A stretch of DNA of 63,455 nt, the filler included, from Actinomycetota bacterium (GTDB taxonomy: Bacteria > Actinomycetota > Actinomycetes > JAKEEW01): NCBI GenBank assembly GCA_046725875.1. It is 6 parts of 6 records of this genome, joined end to end, with 100 filler letters (N's around TTAATTAATTAA, not from the genome) between each part and the next. Parts side by side here need not be neighbours in the genome. Positions count along the whole stretch, not along the records: positions 33,388 to 52,574 come from JBKOZJ010000004.1; 5 more parts are not named here. One strand, given 5' to 3'. Both the position numbers and the translations under genes were made by a program. Positions 39,440-50,293 of the stretch are shown here, piece by piece. Positions within the stretch are counted from its first letter, which is position 1; every line of letters starts with the position of its first letter. Below the pieces are notes generated by a model, which saw only the letters and a program-made list of their open reading frames with translations, did no database searches and was not told the origin of the DNA.

Positions 39440-40636
39440 GTGAGCGTGAATCTCGGGATGCCGGCGCCGCCGCCCAAGCCGCTCGCGCCACGGCGCAAGT
39501 CCCGGCAGATCAAGGTCGGCAGCGTCCTGGTCGGCGGCGACGCCCCGGTCTCCGTACAGTCCATGACCACCACCGTGACCGCCGACATCAACGCGACGCT
39601 GCAGCAGATCGCGGAGCTGACCGCGGCCGGGTGTCAGATCGTCCGCGTCGCGGTGCCATCGCAGGACGATGCGGACGCGTTGCCTATCATCGCCCGGAAG
39701 TCGCAAATTCCGGTGATCGCCGACATCCACTTCCAGCCGCGCTACGTCTTCGCGGCGATCGAGGCCGGGTGCGCAGCGGTCCGCGTGAACCCGGGGAACA
39801 TCAAGCAGTTCGACGACAAGGTCAGGGAGATCGCGAAGGAGGCCGCAGACACCGGTGTTCCGATCCGAATCGGGGTCAACGCCGGGTCCCTCGACCCCCG
39901 GCTGCTGAAGAAGTACGGTAAGGCGACACCGGAGGCCCTCGTCGAGTCGGCGCTCTGGGAGTGCTCGCTCTTCGAGGAGCACGGCTTCCGGGACATCAAG
40001 ATCTCCGTGAAGCACCACGACCCGGTCGTGATGATCCACGCATATCGGCAGCTCGCCGAGGCGTGCGACTACCCGCTGCACCTGGGCGTAACCGAGGCCG
40101 GGCCGGCGTTCCAAGGCACGATCAAGTCCGCGGTTGCGTTCGGCGCCCTGCTCGCCGAGGGCATCGGCGACACGATTCGGGTCTCGCTCTCCGCCCCTCC
40201 GGTGGAGGAAGTCAAGGTCGGCATCGGCGTTCTCGAGTCGCTCGGCCTGCGGGAGCGCGGTTTCGAGATTGTCTCTTGCCCGTCCTGCGGCCGTGCCCAG
40301 GTCGACGTTTACAAGCTCGCGGACGAGGTCCATGCCGGCCTGGACGGGATGGATGTCCCGCTGCGGGTCGCCGTGATGGGCTGTGTGGTGAACGGCCCGG
40401 GCGAGGCGCGCGAGGCCGACCTGGGCGTCGCGTCAGGCAACGGCAAGGGCCAGATCTTTGTACGGGGCAAGGTCATCAAGACGGTTCCCGAGTCGAAGAT
40501 CGTAGAGACGCTGATCGAAGAAGCCATGCGGCTCGCTGTGGAAATGGGCCTCGACAACGCTGAGCCCGGCCAGCCAACGGTTAGCGTTTCCGGAGCGTCG
40601 GGCCTAACGGCGGGTGCCGGGCGCGCCAGCGGCTGA
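39440..40636 (+). CDS. ispG: (E)-4-hydroxy-3-methylbut-2-enyl-diphosphate synthase
   Basis: [37 protein letters not shown]. Confidence 0.98.
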   Translation: MSVNLGMPAPPPKPLAPRRKSRQIKVGSVLVGGDAPVSVQSMTTTVTADINATLQQIAELTAAGCQIVRVAVPSQDDADALPIIARKSQIPVIADIHFQPRYVFAAIEAGCAAVRVNPGNIKQFDDKVREIAKEAADTGVPIRIGVNAGSLDPRLLKKYGKATPEALVESALWECSLFEEHGFRDIKISVKHHDPVVMIHAYRQLAEACDYPLHLGVTEAGPAFQGTIKSAVAFGALLAEGIGDTIRVSLSAPPVEEVKVGIGVLESLGLRERGFEIVSCPSCGRAQVDVYKLADEVHAGLDGMDVPLRVAVMGCVVNGPGEAREADLGVASGNGKGQIFVRGKVIKTVPESKIVETLIEEAMRLAVEMGLDNAEPGQPTVSVSGASGLTAGAGRASG

Positions 40637-40651
40637 GGCCCCTCGCCCGCT

Positions 40652-40837
40652 CGCCCGCCTGGTGGCGGGCTCGTGGTACGCCCGGCCACGCCCTGGGACC
40701 TCAGCCCCTGGCGCGCCCTTCAACCTGCGGCACAATTCGTGGACGTCGTGAGTCCTCCGCCCGCCTGGCGGCGGGCTCGTGGTGCGTCCGGCCACGCCCT
40801 GGGACCTCAGCCCCTGGCGGGCCCTTCAACGTGCGGC
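40652..40837. repeat. Two 80-bp direct repeats (period 106)
   Basis: 40652-40731 and 40758-40837, 75/80 identical, each with internal hairpins. Confidence 0.92.
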
Positions 40838-40946
40838 TTGGTCGCCCCTGGGCGGCCATGCGCCGCGGACGTCCTCGCCAGCGGTGCTTGCACCTGTTGC
40901 TGGCGGTGGAATGAGGGGGGCCACTTGATCTGGTTACTGTTGAGTT

Positions 40947-41795
40947 GTGCTCGGCACCGCCGCGGTCCGGCTCCTCGACGCGCGTGACACCTTCGACGCA
41001 CTGGACGTCATCGCACGGGACCCGTACTCCAACGTCTTCGTCGGGTCACGCATCCACGCCGTCGGCCTCGACTCCTGGCGGCTCGGCGCGGAGATCTGGG
41101 GTTATCCCGCCCGCGGGCCACTTGAGTCGCTCTGCTATGTCGGCGCGAATCTGGTCCCGGTAGAGGCGACGACCGCCGCGGTCGAAGCCTTCGCTGACCG
41201 CGCGATCAGGCAGGGCCGGCGGTGCTCCTCGATTGTCGGTCCCGCGGATGCGGTTGGTGCCCTCTGGGCACGCCTGGAGCCCGCCTGGGGACCCGCGCGG
41301 ACCATCCGGAGCAGGCAGCCGGCGATGGTGACCGCTAGGCCGGCACTGCCGCACGTTCGACGTGACCCGTTGGTCCGGCCGGTCCGACCGGACGAGATCG
41401 AGGTCCTCCTACCGGCCTCGGTCGCGATGTTCACCGAGGAGATCGGTATCTCGCCGGTAGCGGGCGACGGCGGAACGCTCTACCGGGCCCGCGTGCGCGA
41501 GCTGATCGAGTCCGGGCGTTCACTCGCCCGGATCGACGGCGAGCACGTGGTGTTCAAGGCCGAGATCGGCGCCGTGACCCCAAGCGCGTGCCAAGTGCAG
41601 GGCGTTTGGGTCACGCCGCGGATGCGAGGCCGCGGATGCGGTATCGCGGGCATGGCTGCGACGGTCGACCACGCGCTCCAATCCGTGGCGCCGGCGATCT
41701 GCCTCTACGTGAACGACTACAACCAGGCCGCCCGGGCCGTCTACCGGAAGGTCGGCTTCGAGGACTACGGCACCTTCATGTCGGTCCTGTTCTGA
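40947..41795 (+). CDS. GNAT acetyltransferase with DUF4081 domain
   Basis: GANLVP, RRCSSIVG, AMFTEE.G.SP, QVQGVWV.P, LYVNDYN; conserved downstream of ispG. Confidence 0.92.
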   Translation: MLGTAAVRLLDARDTFDALDVIARDPYSNVFVGSRIHAVGLDSWRLGAEIWGYPARGPLESLCYVGANLVPVEATTAAVEAFADRAIRQGRRCSSIVGPADAVGALWARLEPAWGPARTIRSRQPAMVTARPALPHVRRDPLVRPVRPDEIEVLLPASVAMFTEEIGISPVAGDGGTLYRARVRELIESGRSLARIDGEHVVFKAEIGAVTPSACQVQGVWVTPRMRGRGCGIAGMAATVDHALQSVAPAICLYVNDYNQAARAVYRKVGFEDYGTFMSVLF

Positions 41796-41886
41796 GTGCA
41801 TCTTCACAGCGTCGGCACTTGGGCCAGCCCCGGCTGAGCAACGGCGAGTGCGGTCAGCTAACCGTGTCCCCGGTAGCGTGGCCCGA

Positions 41887-43197
41887 GTGACGTCGACGAC
41901 GGCAGAGACGGGGGCCGTCACCACCGGACCGCCGCCCCTGCGACACGACCGCGACTTCATGCGCTACTGGCTCGCGCGAGTCGCCTCGCTCGCCGGAACT
42001 GCGGCTACATACGTCGCGATGCCGACGTTGATGTATCGGTTGACCGGATCGGCCCTCTACACCGGTGTCCTGACCGCGCTCGAGTCGCTCCCTTACCTCG
42101 TCTTCGGCCTGTTTGGCGGCGCGGTTGCCGACCGAGTCGACCGCCGCCGCATGATGATCACTGCGGATGTGCTCAACGCGGCGGTGCTCGCCTCGGTGCC
42201 GCTTGCCGCGGCATTTGACATTCTTACGGTCGGGCATCTGCTTGCCGCGGCCACGCTGACCGCGAGCCTGTTCGTCTTCTTTGACGCGGCCAACTTCGGC
42301 GCGCTGCCGACCCTCGTCGGACGGGATCGGATCGCCCGCGCGAATGGGGCCGTCTGGGGCGCGAGCACGGTCCTGGAAATTGTGGTGCCGGCATTGGCGG
42401 GGGTGCTTGTCGCGGTGATCCATCCCGCAACCCTGATGGCCGCCGACGCGCTGACCTATCTGATCTCGGCCCGGTTCGTCAGCCGGATCACCCGGCCGTT
42501 GTCCGACCCGGCCAGGCTCGCGGCCGCCGCCGCAGTCGGACGCGGGCTGCTCGATGGCTTGCGTGCGGATATCGCCGAAGGGCTGCGCTTTCTATGGCGC
42601 CACGCCACCATCCGGCCGATGACGCTCATCGGAACAGCGCAGGCGGTCGCCGGCGGTGTGGTCGTCGGGCAGCTTGTCCCGTACGCCCGCGAGGCGCTCG
42701 GGATCGGGGAGAAGGACAACGGCCTTGGCATACTGTTCGCCGGCTGGGGCGTGGGCGCCCTGGTCGCGTCGCTGCTCATGGGTCGTGCGGCCGCCCGGTT
42801 CGGTGCCGCTCGGGTCACGCTCTACGCACTTCCGGCGAGCTTCGCCTGCGGCATCGCATTCGCCCTGGCTCCGACGTTCCCGCTCGCAGTGCTCGCCCTG
42901 ACCCTCTGGGGTGTCGCGTACATCCTCATCGTCGTGAACGGGGTCACCTACCGGCAGCAGCAGACCCCGGAGCACCTGCTGAGCAGGGTGAACGTAACCG
43001 GCCGGCTTCTCTCCTACGGCATCGGCTACACCATGGGTGGGTTCGCCGGCGGCGTCGTTGCCTGGGTCACCGACCCGCGGGGCGCGATGGCGTTCGCCGC
43101 TGGCTGCGTCGCCGTCGCGGTTTTGATCGGCTGGCTGTCTCCGCTGCGCGGCACTCCACCCCCGGCCAAGCCGGCCGCGGCGCCGGCACCGGTCTGA
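41887..43197 (+). CDS. MFS transporter
   Basis: DF.RYW, G..ADRVDRRR motif A, EGLRFLW; about 12 TMs. Confidence 0.92.
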   Translation: MTSTTAETGAVTTGPPPLRHDRDFMRYWLARVASLAGTAATYVAMPTLMYRLTGSALYTGVLTALESLPYLVFGLFGGAVADRVDRRRMMITADVLNAAVLASVPLAAAFDILTVGHLLAAATLTASLFVFFDAANFGALPTLVGRDRIARANGAVWGASTVLEIVVPALAGVLVAVIHPATLMAADALTYLISARFVSRITRPLSDPARLAAAAAVGRGLLDGLRADIAEGLRFLWRHATIRPMTLIGTAQAVAGGVVVGQLVPYAREALGIGEKDNGLGILFAGWGVGALVASLLMGRAAARFGAARVTLYALPASFACGIAFALAPTFPLAVLALTLWGVAYILIVVNGVTYRQQQTPEHLLSRVNVTGRLLSYGIGYTMGGFAGGVVAWVTDPRGAMAFAAGCVAVAVLIGWLSPLRGTPPPAKPAAAPAPV

Positions 43198-43280
43198 TCA
43201 CAGGCAGGCTTGCGCCGAAGACGGCTCCGGCCCGCCGGTGATCATGCGTGGATCGGCAGCTGGTGGGTCAGACTGTCCCG

Positions 43281-44579
43281 GTGACTTCGCGGTGGACCGA
43301 GGGTGAGGGCCGAACCCTGGCGCGGGGTTGGACCCGCAAATTCATCGTGATCGGCTCCCTCGCCCTCGCGCTCGCGGCGGTGCTCGCCGGGCTGAACTGG
43401 ACCGTTCTGGACGACGCGGGGAACGTGCCGGTGAACCCGAACCACGCGAACCGCGGTCCGCAGCCGGCCAGCTCGCCCGGCGAACCAGGACCGACGACGC
43501 CGGGCCCCGGCGCCGACCCGCCGACGTTCACCGTGCTGGTGTCGGGCGACGTGCTCCTTCGGGACACGCTGTGGACACAGGCGGCGCGTGATGCCGAGGC
43601 GCGTGGCGCGGACGGGTACGATTTCCGGCCCATGCTCGCCGGCGTTCATCGCCGGATTTCCGCGGCCGACCTGGCGATCTGCCACCTGGAGACGCCGGTG
43701 GGCGACGCTGACGGACCCTACTCCGACTATCCGGTATTCCAGGTCCCGCCGCAGATCGTGCCGGCGCTCGCCTGGGCCGGCTATGACGCGTGCACCACCG
43801 CCTCCAACCACACCCTCGATGCCGGCGCGGACGGCGTCGAACGCACGCTGAGGGCCTTCGACGCCGCCGGCATCGAGCACTCCGGCTCGGCACGGAGCGC
43901 GGAGGAGGGCAGCCGGATGACGATCCTCGCCGTGCGACTTCATCAGCGGGGCGGTGGCGCGTCGGACGCCGCCGTCCGGTTGGCCCTGCTCTCGTACACG
44001 TACGGCCTCAACGGCTTCGAAGCCCCATCGGGCAAAAGCTGGATCGTCGACACGATCGATCCAGAACAGATCCTCGCCGAGGCCGAGCAGGCGAGGAAGG
44101 CCGGCGCAGACGTGGTCCTAGTCGCGCTGCACTGGGGACGGGAGTACCGAAACCCGCCGACCGCTGACCAGCAGCGGATCGCCAAGCGCCTGCTCGCCTC
44201 ACCAGACGTCGATCTTGTCTATGGACATCACGCGCACGTGCCGCAGCCGTTCGCCAAGATCAACGGCAAGTGGGTCGCCTACGGGCTCGGCAACCACCTC
44301 GCCGAGCAAGCTACGCAGCCCGAGCGGACCCACCAGGGGGTCATGGCGCGGTTCACCTTCACCCACCGCGCCGGGGCGTGGCGAGTGAGCGCGGCTGAGT
44401 TCATCCCGACGTCGATCGGGTTGCGGCCACCGTTCCGCCTCGCTGACCTTTCCATGGTCCTGGCGCGCGACGACCTCCGCGGTGCCGATGGGGCGGCCGC
44501 GCGGCGGTCGTATGACCAAATCAGCGAGATCGTCAACAGCCTGGGGGCGGCCGAGCACGGACTCCGTCCGGCCCGCTGA
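43281..44579 (+). CDS. CapA/PGA_cap family metallophosphoesterase-like protein (copy 1)
   Basis: GDVLL, CHLETP, ASNHTLD.G, LHWG.EY, GHHAHV.QP, YGLGN. Confidence 0.92.
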   Translation: MTSRWTEGEGRTLARGWTRKFIVIGSLALALAAVLAGLNWTVLDDAGNVPVNPNHANRGPQPASSPGEPGPTTPGPGADPPTFTVLVSGDVLLRDTLWTQAARDAEARGADGYDFRPMLAGVHRRISAADLAICHLETPVGDADGPYSDYPVFQVPPQIVPALAWAGYDACTTASNHTLDAGADGVERTLRAFDAAGIEHSGSARSAEEGSRMTILAVRLHQRGGGASDAAVRLALLSYTYGLNGFEAPSGKSWIVDTIDPEQILAEAEQARKAGADVVLVALHWGREYRNPPTADQQRIAKRLLASPDVDLVYGHHAHVPQPFAKINGKWVAYGLGNHLAEQATQPERTHQGVMARFTFTHRAGAWRVSAAEFIPTSIGLRPPFRLADLSMVLARDDLRGADGAAARRSYDQISEIVNSLGAAEHGLRPAR

Positions 44580-44664
44580 TGCCGCGCCGGTCGCCACATA
44601 TTCGCCTGTCGCCACCAGAGTTCAAACGGTCACCGGCTCGGCAGCTGCAGGGCAAACTATCCGG

Positions 44665-45963
44665 GTGCCTCGAGGACAGAGTGGGTATTCGACCGAGTCG
44701 CCTCGATCGGCGGATAACCACGGGTACGCCGCGAGCCGACCGCCTCGGCCGGGTGACCTGCGACCGCTTGGTCTCGCCGCCGCCGTGGCGGGCGTCATCG
44801 CAGCCGTGCTCGCCGCCACTTCTGCCAGCGCCGGCCAGTCTGTGCAGCTTGCGGTGCCCACGAGCCCGCCGTCTTCGCCGGCGGCCGCAGCCACTCCGCT
44901 ATCACCGACGCCCGCACCTTCGCCGAGCCAGGCGGTCGAACACCCGCCTCGGCAGGTGAGTGTGGTGATGACCGGCGATGTGCTGCTGCACGACACGCTC
45001 TGGGAGCAGGCTCGGCGCGACGCGGCCGCAGTGGGGCCCAGCATGGACTTCCGGCCGATCCTCGCGTCGATGCGCCCGGTGACCTCACGTGCTGACCTGG
45101 CCATCTGCCATCTGGAGACGCCGCTCGCGCCGTCGGGCGGTCCCTACCGCGGTTATCCCGTCTTCAGCGTCCCGCCGCAGATCGCGGCGGCGCTGTCGTG
45201 GGTCGGCTACGACGGATGCACGACCGCGTCCAACCACACGCTCGACGCCGGCGAGGCGGGGGTCCGGCGCACGCTCACAGTGCTCGACCGGGCCGGCATC
45301 GCCCACTCGGGATCGGCGAGATCAAGCTCTGAGTCGGACCATCCGTTAGTGCTCGAGGCACGCGGCGTGCGGGTGGCCGTACTGTCGTACACCCAAATGC
45401 TCAATGGGCTCCGGCCGCCGCGCGGGAAGAGCTGGATCGTCAACACGATCGACCCGGAAGCGATCATCCGGGACGCCAAGCGGGCGAAGGAAGACGGCGC
45501 CGACCTCGTTCTGGTTGCGCTCCACTGGGGTGTTGAGTATCAGCACGAGCCGACACCGGACCAGCGCCGGCTCGCGCGCCGCTTGCTCGCTACGCCGGAC
45601 GTGGACCTGGTGTACGGGCACCACGCCCATGTCGTGCAGCCGTTCGAGAAGGTCGGCGATAAATGGGTCGCGTACGGGCTCGGCAACCATATCGCCGACC
45701 AGCGGGGGCTGGCCGAAGCTACCAGGGAGGGAGTGCTGGCCAGGTTCACCTTCACCGAGCGTGCGGCGGGCGGCTGGTCGGTCGCGGCCGAGTATTTGCC
45801 GACCTACATCACCTCGGGCCGGACACTGCGCGTGGTGGACCTGAGCCGCGCGCTCAACAACTCCAAGATATCGGCGGCGGCCAGCGCGGTTTACCGGCAA
45901 GCGTGGCGTCACGTGTCTGGCGACGTCGGCGGCGCCAAGGGCCTCGCGCCGGTCCGCCCGTGA
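44665..45963 (+). CDS. CapA/PGA_cap family protein (copy 2); start uncertain
   Basis: [41 protein letters not shown]. Confidence 0.88.
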   Translation: MPRGQSGYSTESPRSADNHGYAASRPPRPGDLRPLGLAAAVAGVIAAVLAATSASAGQSVQLAVPTSPPSSPAAAATPLSPTPAPSPSQAVEHPPRQVSVVMTGDVLLHDTLWEQARRDAAAVGPSMDFRPILASMRPVTSRADLAICHLETPLAPSGGPYRGYPVFSVPPQIAAALSWVGYDGCTTASNHTLDAGEAGVRRTLTVLDRAGIAHSGSARSSSESDHPLVLEARGVRVAVLSYTQMLNGLRPPRGKSWIVNTIDPEAIIRDAKRAKEDGADLVLVALHWGVEYQHEPTPDQRRLARRLLATPDVDLVYGHHAHVVQPFEKVGDKWVAYGLGNHIADQRGLAEATREGVLARFTFTERAAGGWSVAAEYLPTYITSGRTLRVVDLSRALNNSKISAAASAVYRQAWRHVSGDVGGAKGLAPVRP

Positions 45964-46072
45964 AGTAATTACCTCGGTACCGCAGGTAGCGAAGGGATAT
46001 CCTCGCGGCACTGGTCAGCACCCGTCAGGCCAGCGAAGACATTTCCGGCCTTCCTGCAAAGGGGGTGGCCCC

Positions 46073-47818
46073 GTGGTCCTCCGTATGTCGACCCTCCTTC
46101 TCCGCACCCTGCGCGAGGATCCGGCCGACGCGGAGGTCCCGAGCCATCGACTGCTCGTGCGTGCGGGCTACATACGCCGAGTCGGTCCGGGCATCTACTC
46201 CTGGCTCCCGCTGGGAAAGATCGTTCTAGAGAACATCACCAGGATCGTCCGCGAGGAGATGAACCGAATGGGCGGCCAGGAGGTTCTCTTCCCAGCGCTT
46301 ATCCCGCGTGAGTATTACGAGGCCACCGGTCGATGGACCGAGTACGGCGAAAACATCTTCAAGCTGACCGACCGGAAAGGCGCCGATTATCTCCTCGGAC
46401 CGACACACGAGGAGCTGTTCACCGGCATGGTGAAGGGCGAGTACTCGTCCTACCGGGATTATCCGGTCATCCTCTACCAGATCCAAACGAAATATCGGGA
46501 CGAGGCGCGGCCGCGCGCCGGTTTGCTGCGGGCGCGCGAGTTCATCATGAAGGACTCGTACTCCTTCGACCTGGACGACGAGGGCCTCAAGAGGTCGTAT
46601 GAGCTCCATCGCGAGGCGTACATCAAGACCTTCGACCGGCTCGGTCTGCACTACAAGGTCGTCTTCGCGATGTCCGGCGCGATGGGCGGGTCCGGCTCGG
46701 AGGAGTTCCTCGCGCCGACTCCGGTGGGGGAGGACACCTTCGTCTCGTGCACGTCGTGTGACTATGCCGCGAACGTCGAGGCCGTCCGGGTGCCGGCCCC
46801 CGAGGCGGGCGATCCAGACGCACATCCCCCGCTGTCGGCTCTCGACACGCCCAATACTCCGACGATCGAGTCACTGGTCGACTACGTGAACGCGCTCGGC
46901 GTACTCGATCGTCCGATTTCGGCGGCGGACACGCTCAAGAACGTCGTTGTGAAGGTCCGTCGGCCGGGATCCGACGAGGACGAAATCGTGGTCGTCGGTG
47001 TCCCGGGCGACCGCGAAGTCGACATGAAGCGGCTGGAGGCCAACCTCGAGCCGGCCACTGTCGCGATGTTCGAAGCCGAGGACTTCGCGAAGAACCCAGC
47101 GCTCGTCCGCGGTTACATCGGGCCGCAGATCTTGCGCCAGCTCGGTATCCGCTACCTGGTCGACCCGCGGATCGTCACCGGCACGGCATGGGTGACCGGA
47201 ACCAATCAGCCGGACCGGCATGCCGCCAACGTCGTCGCCGGCCGGGACTTCGAACCGGACGGCACGATCGAGGCGGCCGAGATTCGAGCGGGCGACCCCT
47301 GCCCGCAGTGTGGATCGGTGCTGTCGATCGACCGCGGCATCGAGATCGGCCACATCTTCCAGCTCGGCCGAAAGTACTCCGACGCCGCGGAGCTGGATGC
47401 GCTCGGCCCCGACGGGAAGCCCATCCGGATCACCATGGGCTCGTACGGCGTCGGGGTCTCGCGCGCGGTTGCCGCGATCGCCGAGCAGACCCACGACAAC
47501 CAGGGGCTCTGCTGGCCGCGCGAGGTGGCGCCGGCCGACGTCCATATCGTGACCACCGGCAAGGAGGACGTGATCTTCCAGGCGGCCGACCGGCTCGCAA
47601 CCGAGCTCGACGAGCGCGCGGCCCGGGTCCTGCTCGACGACCGGCGGGCGGTCTCCGCAGGCGTGAAGTTCGCCGACTCCGAGCTGATCGGCGTGCCAAC
47701 CATCGTGATCATCGGTCGTGGGCTCGCCGAGGGTGTGGTCGAGGTAAAGGACCGTCGTTCTGGCGAACGCAGAACTCTTCCAATCGGCGAGGCTGCCGCT
47801 TACCTTGCCGCGCTGTGA
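46073..47818 (+). CDS. proS: Proline--tRNA ligase (with INS editing domain)
   Basis: [51 protein letters not shown]. Confidence 0.98.
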   Translation: MVLRMSTLLLRTLREDPADAEVPSHRLLVRAGYIRRVGPGIYSWLPLGKIVLENITRIVREEMNRMGGQEVLFPALIPREYYEATGRWTEYGENIFKLTDRKGADYLLGPTHEELFTGMVKGEYSSYRDYPVILYQIQTKYRDEARPRAGLLRAREFIMKDSYSFDLDDEGLKRSYELHREAYIKTFDRLGLHYKVVFAMSGAMGGSGSEEFLAPTPVGEDTFVSCTSCDYAANVEAVRVPAPEAGDPDAHPPLSALDTPNTPTIESLVDYVNALGVLDRPISAADTLKNVVVKVRRPGSDEDEIVVVGVPGDREVDMKRLEANLEPATVAMFEAEDFAKNPALVRGYIGPQILRQLGIRYLVDPRIVTGTAWVTGTNQPDRHAANVVAGRDFEPDGTIEAAEIRAGDPCPQCGSVLSIDRGIEIGHIFQLGRKYSDAAELDALGPDGKPIRITMGSYGVGVSRAVAAIAEQTHDNQGLCWPREVAPADVHIVTTGKEDVIFQAADRLATELDERAARVLLDDRRAVSAGVKFADSELIGVPTIVIIGRGLAEGVVEVKDRRSGERRTLPIGEAAAYLAAL

Positions 47819-47929
47819 GCCCGCGGCCCCGGGCGAGGCTTGTTTCACTCCGGTGCCGAGCGAGTGCGGTGTGGTCTGGGCACTCGTCCGGCCTGAAGCC
47901 TGTCCGCCCCCTTTGGGAGGATGCAGGGC

Positions 47930-48646
47930 GTGCCTGTGGACGCGGTGATCTTCGACTGGGGTGGCACGCTCACTCCGTGGCACACCGTCGATCTGGCCGA
48001 GCAGTGGCGGGTCTACGCGAGCGCCTACGACTCGGGCTCGGGGGAGGAGATCGCGGCGGCGCTCCGCGACGCGGAGGCGGAGGCGTGGCGGCTCGCCCGC
48101 GAGGAGCACCGCAGCACGACACTCGACGCGGTGATCCGCTCCGTTGGTCTAGAGCCGACCGGACCCGCGCACGCGCGTGGGCTCCAGGCTTATCGACAGT
48201 TCTGGGAGCCGCATACCTTCACAGATGATGACGTCATCCCGCTCCTTAGCGCCCTGCGCGAGCGCGGCGTTGCGGTGGGCGTGCTCTCCAACACCATCTG
48301 GTCCCGCACAGAGCATGAGGAAGTCTTCCGCCGCGACGGGGTCTTCGACCTCATCGACGCGGGCGTCTACACCAGCGAGATCGAGTGGACCAAACCACAC
48401 CCAGAGGCGTTCCTCATCGCCATGGACGCCGTGCGAGTGGCGGATCCGCGGCGTTGCGTCTTCGTGGGGGACCGGCTCTTCGACGACATTTACGGTGCCC
48501 GCGCGGTCGGCATGCGGGCCGTGTTGCTTCCGCACAGCATGATCCCCGATGACCAGCGCGGGCCACTTGACGGAGAGCCGGACGAGGTGATCGGCCGCCT
48601 TGCCGACCTGCTCCCGTTGGTCGACGACTGGAACGCTGCCAGGTAA
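47930..48646 (+). CDS. HAD-family hydrolase
   Basis: IFDWGGTL, LSNT, KPHP.AF, VGDRLFDD. Confidence 0.92.
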   Translation: MPVDAVIFDWGGTLTPWHTVDLAEQWRVYASAYDSGSGEEIAAALRDAEAEAWRLAREEHRSTTLDAVIRSVGLEPTGPAHARGLQAYRQFWEPHTFTDDDVIPLLSALRERGVAVGVLSNTIWSRTEHEEVFRRDGVFDLIDAGVYTSEIEWTKPHPEAFLIAMDAVRVADPRRCVFVGDRLFDDIYGARAVGMRAVLLPHSMIPDDQRGPLDGEPDEVIGRLADLLPLVDDWNAAR

Positions 48647-48684
48647 CCGAGCCGACGGAGCCGGGACTAGCTGGCTGGCGGGCT

Positions 48685-49122
48685 TTACGAAGGCGCGCCG
48701 AGACCGGGAAAGGCAGGTGTGTGCCGGCTCCACGTCGCGACGGCGACCGCTGCTTCGCCAAGGGCCATCGCGCCGAGCTGGCGAAGGTTACGCTGGCTGC
48801 TTGCTGCGACGAGAGCCGCGTAGGCCTGGGCGACCCCGGTTTCGAGCCGGGTAGCGAGCCGGCGGGCGTCGTCGGCTGATTCGACCGGGAACGGCAGCCT
48901 GTACGCGGCTGCCGCGGCCTCAGGTTCGGCGCCGGCTCCGCGAATTGTCGCGGCCAGCTCGTCCCGCCGGCGGCGGTGGTTCTGGTCTGCCGCGGTGGCG
49001 GCGGCGAGGTCGGAGCCTTCGAGGTGGGCGCCGACGATCCCGTATCCGTAGACGGCCGCATGTTCCGCGGCGACCGCGGTCTGCAGGGCGGCCAACTCGG
49101 CAGCGGCCGGCCGGCGGCTCAT
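48685..49122 (-). CDS. Ferritin-like DUF4439 protein
   Basis: ALQ...AAEHAAVYGYG, H..RRD.L, AY.LPFPV, AFPGL. Confidence 0.9.
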   Translation of the reverse strand: MSRRPAAAELAALQTAVAAEHAAVYGYGIVGAHLEGSDLAAATAADQNHRRRRDELAATIRGAGAEPEAAAAAYRLPFPVESADDARRLATRLETGVAQAYAALVAASSQRNLRQLGAMALGEAAVAVATWSRHTPAFPGLGAPS

Positions 49123-49625
49123 GTTTGGCCCTCGGTGCGGAGGAGGACCGCATGTGCCCGCCCACATGCGGAGATCGAGGCCACGAGCGCGGCGAACACG
49201 CCGGAGCCCGCGGTACCCGCGGCGGACTGGCAGCTATTCGCCGAGGCCTCCTCGGCAGCGGCCAGAGCTCTAAGAGCGCCGCCGCGTTCGGCCGGACCCG
49301 AGGGTGCGGGCTCGCCAGTCGTCGAACGGGAGTCGGCAGTCGACGCGGTGCCCGGGAGCGCCGGCGTAGCTCCGAGCACCCCCTGAAGCGCCTCAATGTG
49401 CGCCCCCACCCGATCGATGTACGGGGCCAGCCCGGCCGCAAGCCGGGGGTGCTGCTCTGCGGTCTCTCTATACGCGGCGACCAGGCGCCGCTTCTCGGCA
49501 AGCAGCCGATCCCGCGAGCGCTGGTCGGCGCTGAGCTGCCAGCCGCGGCTACCTCCCGTACATCCGGTCAACCCCGCCACGGCGAGGACCCCCGTCGCCG
49601 CGACCATGCGGCGCCTGGTCAGCAC
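49119..49625 (-). CDS. Putative Tat-exported lipoprotein
   Basis: LTRRR signal, LTGC lipobox, ASISAC..AHA; ATGA overlap with DUF4439 gene. Confidence 0.7.
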   Translation of the reverse strand: MLTRRRMVAATGVLAVAGLTGCTGGSRGWQLSADQRSRDRLLAEKRRLVAAYRETAEQHPRLAAGLAPYIDRVGAHIEALQGVLGATPALPGTASTADSRSTTGEPAPSGPAERGGALRALAAAEEASANSCQSAAGTAGSGVFAALVASISACGRAHAVLLRTEGQT

Positions 49626-49786
49626 GACGGAGACCGTACCCCAAGTCAGCGGTTCCAGCAGGGGTCGTCCCCGCGGGCCTTGACAACGGCGGCCCTTGCA
49701 TGCGACCCGATATCGTGTAGCCCACCCTGACCCGGGAGCGGCGGGCCCGCTGCGAGACAAGACAACAGCCGAGGATAGGTCCCAAG

Positions 49787-50290
49787 ATGAGCAGGCTGCC
49801 TGCACACGACGACCTCACCACGGTGGTCGGGCCGGTTGTCGAACGGGCTGGCGCGGATCTCGAGGGTGTGCACATCAAGACCATCGGCCGCCGCACGCTC
49901 GTACAGATCTTCGTGGACGCCGACGGCGGGATCTCTCTGGACGAGATTGCCGAGATCAGTTCGGCCGTCTCGGAGGAGTTGGACAGGGTCGACCTCTTCG
50001 GCGCGGCGCCGTACACACTCGAGGTCAGCTCCCCGGGCGCCGACCGCCCCCTGACCGCGCCGCGCCATTGGCGGCGCGCCGCCGGCCGGCTGGTGAAGGC
50101 GCAGCTCGCGGCGGGTGGCGAGATCATCGGCCGGGTTGTGGAGTCCGGTGACACCGGTGTCACCCTTGATGTCGGCGGCAGCCAGCGCCGGCTGGCGTAC
50201 AACGAGATCGCCAAGGCCCGGGTGGAGGTCGAGTTCAGCCGCCCGAGCGGCACCCGGGATCTTGACGACGAGCACGACGAGGAGGAGTAG
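49787..50290 (+). CDS. rimP: Ribosome maturation factor RimP
   Basis: VD.DGGISLD, YTLEVSSPG.DRPL, ARVEVEF. Confidence 0.95.
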   Translation: MSRLPAHDDLTTVVGPVVERAGADLEGVHIKTIGRRTLVQIFVDADGGISLDEIAEISSAVSEELDRVDLFGAAPYTLEVSSPGADRPLTAPRHWRRAAGRLVKAQLAAGGEIIGRVVESGDTGVTLDVGGSQRRLAYNEIAKARVEVEFSRPSGTRDLDDEHDEEE

Positions 50291-50293
50291 TCA

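Noticed and set aside
40652..40837. CRISPR array
   Set aside because: Only two 80-bp units, too long for CRISPR repeats, and no cas genes in the window.
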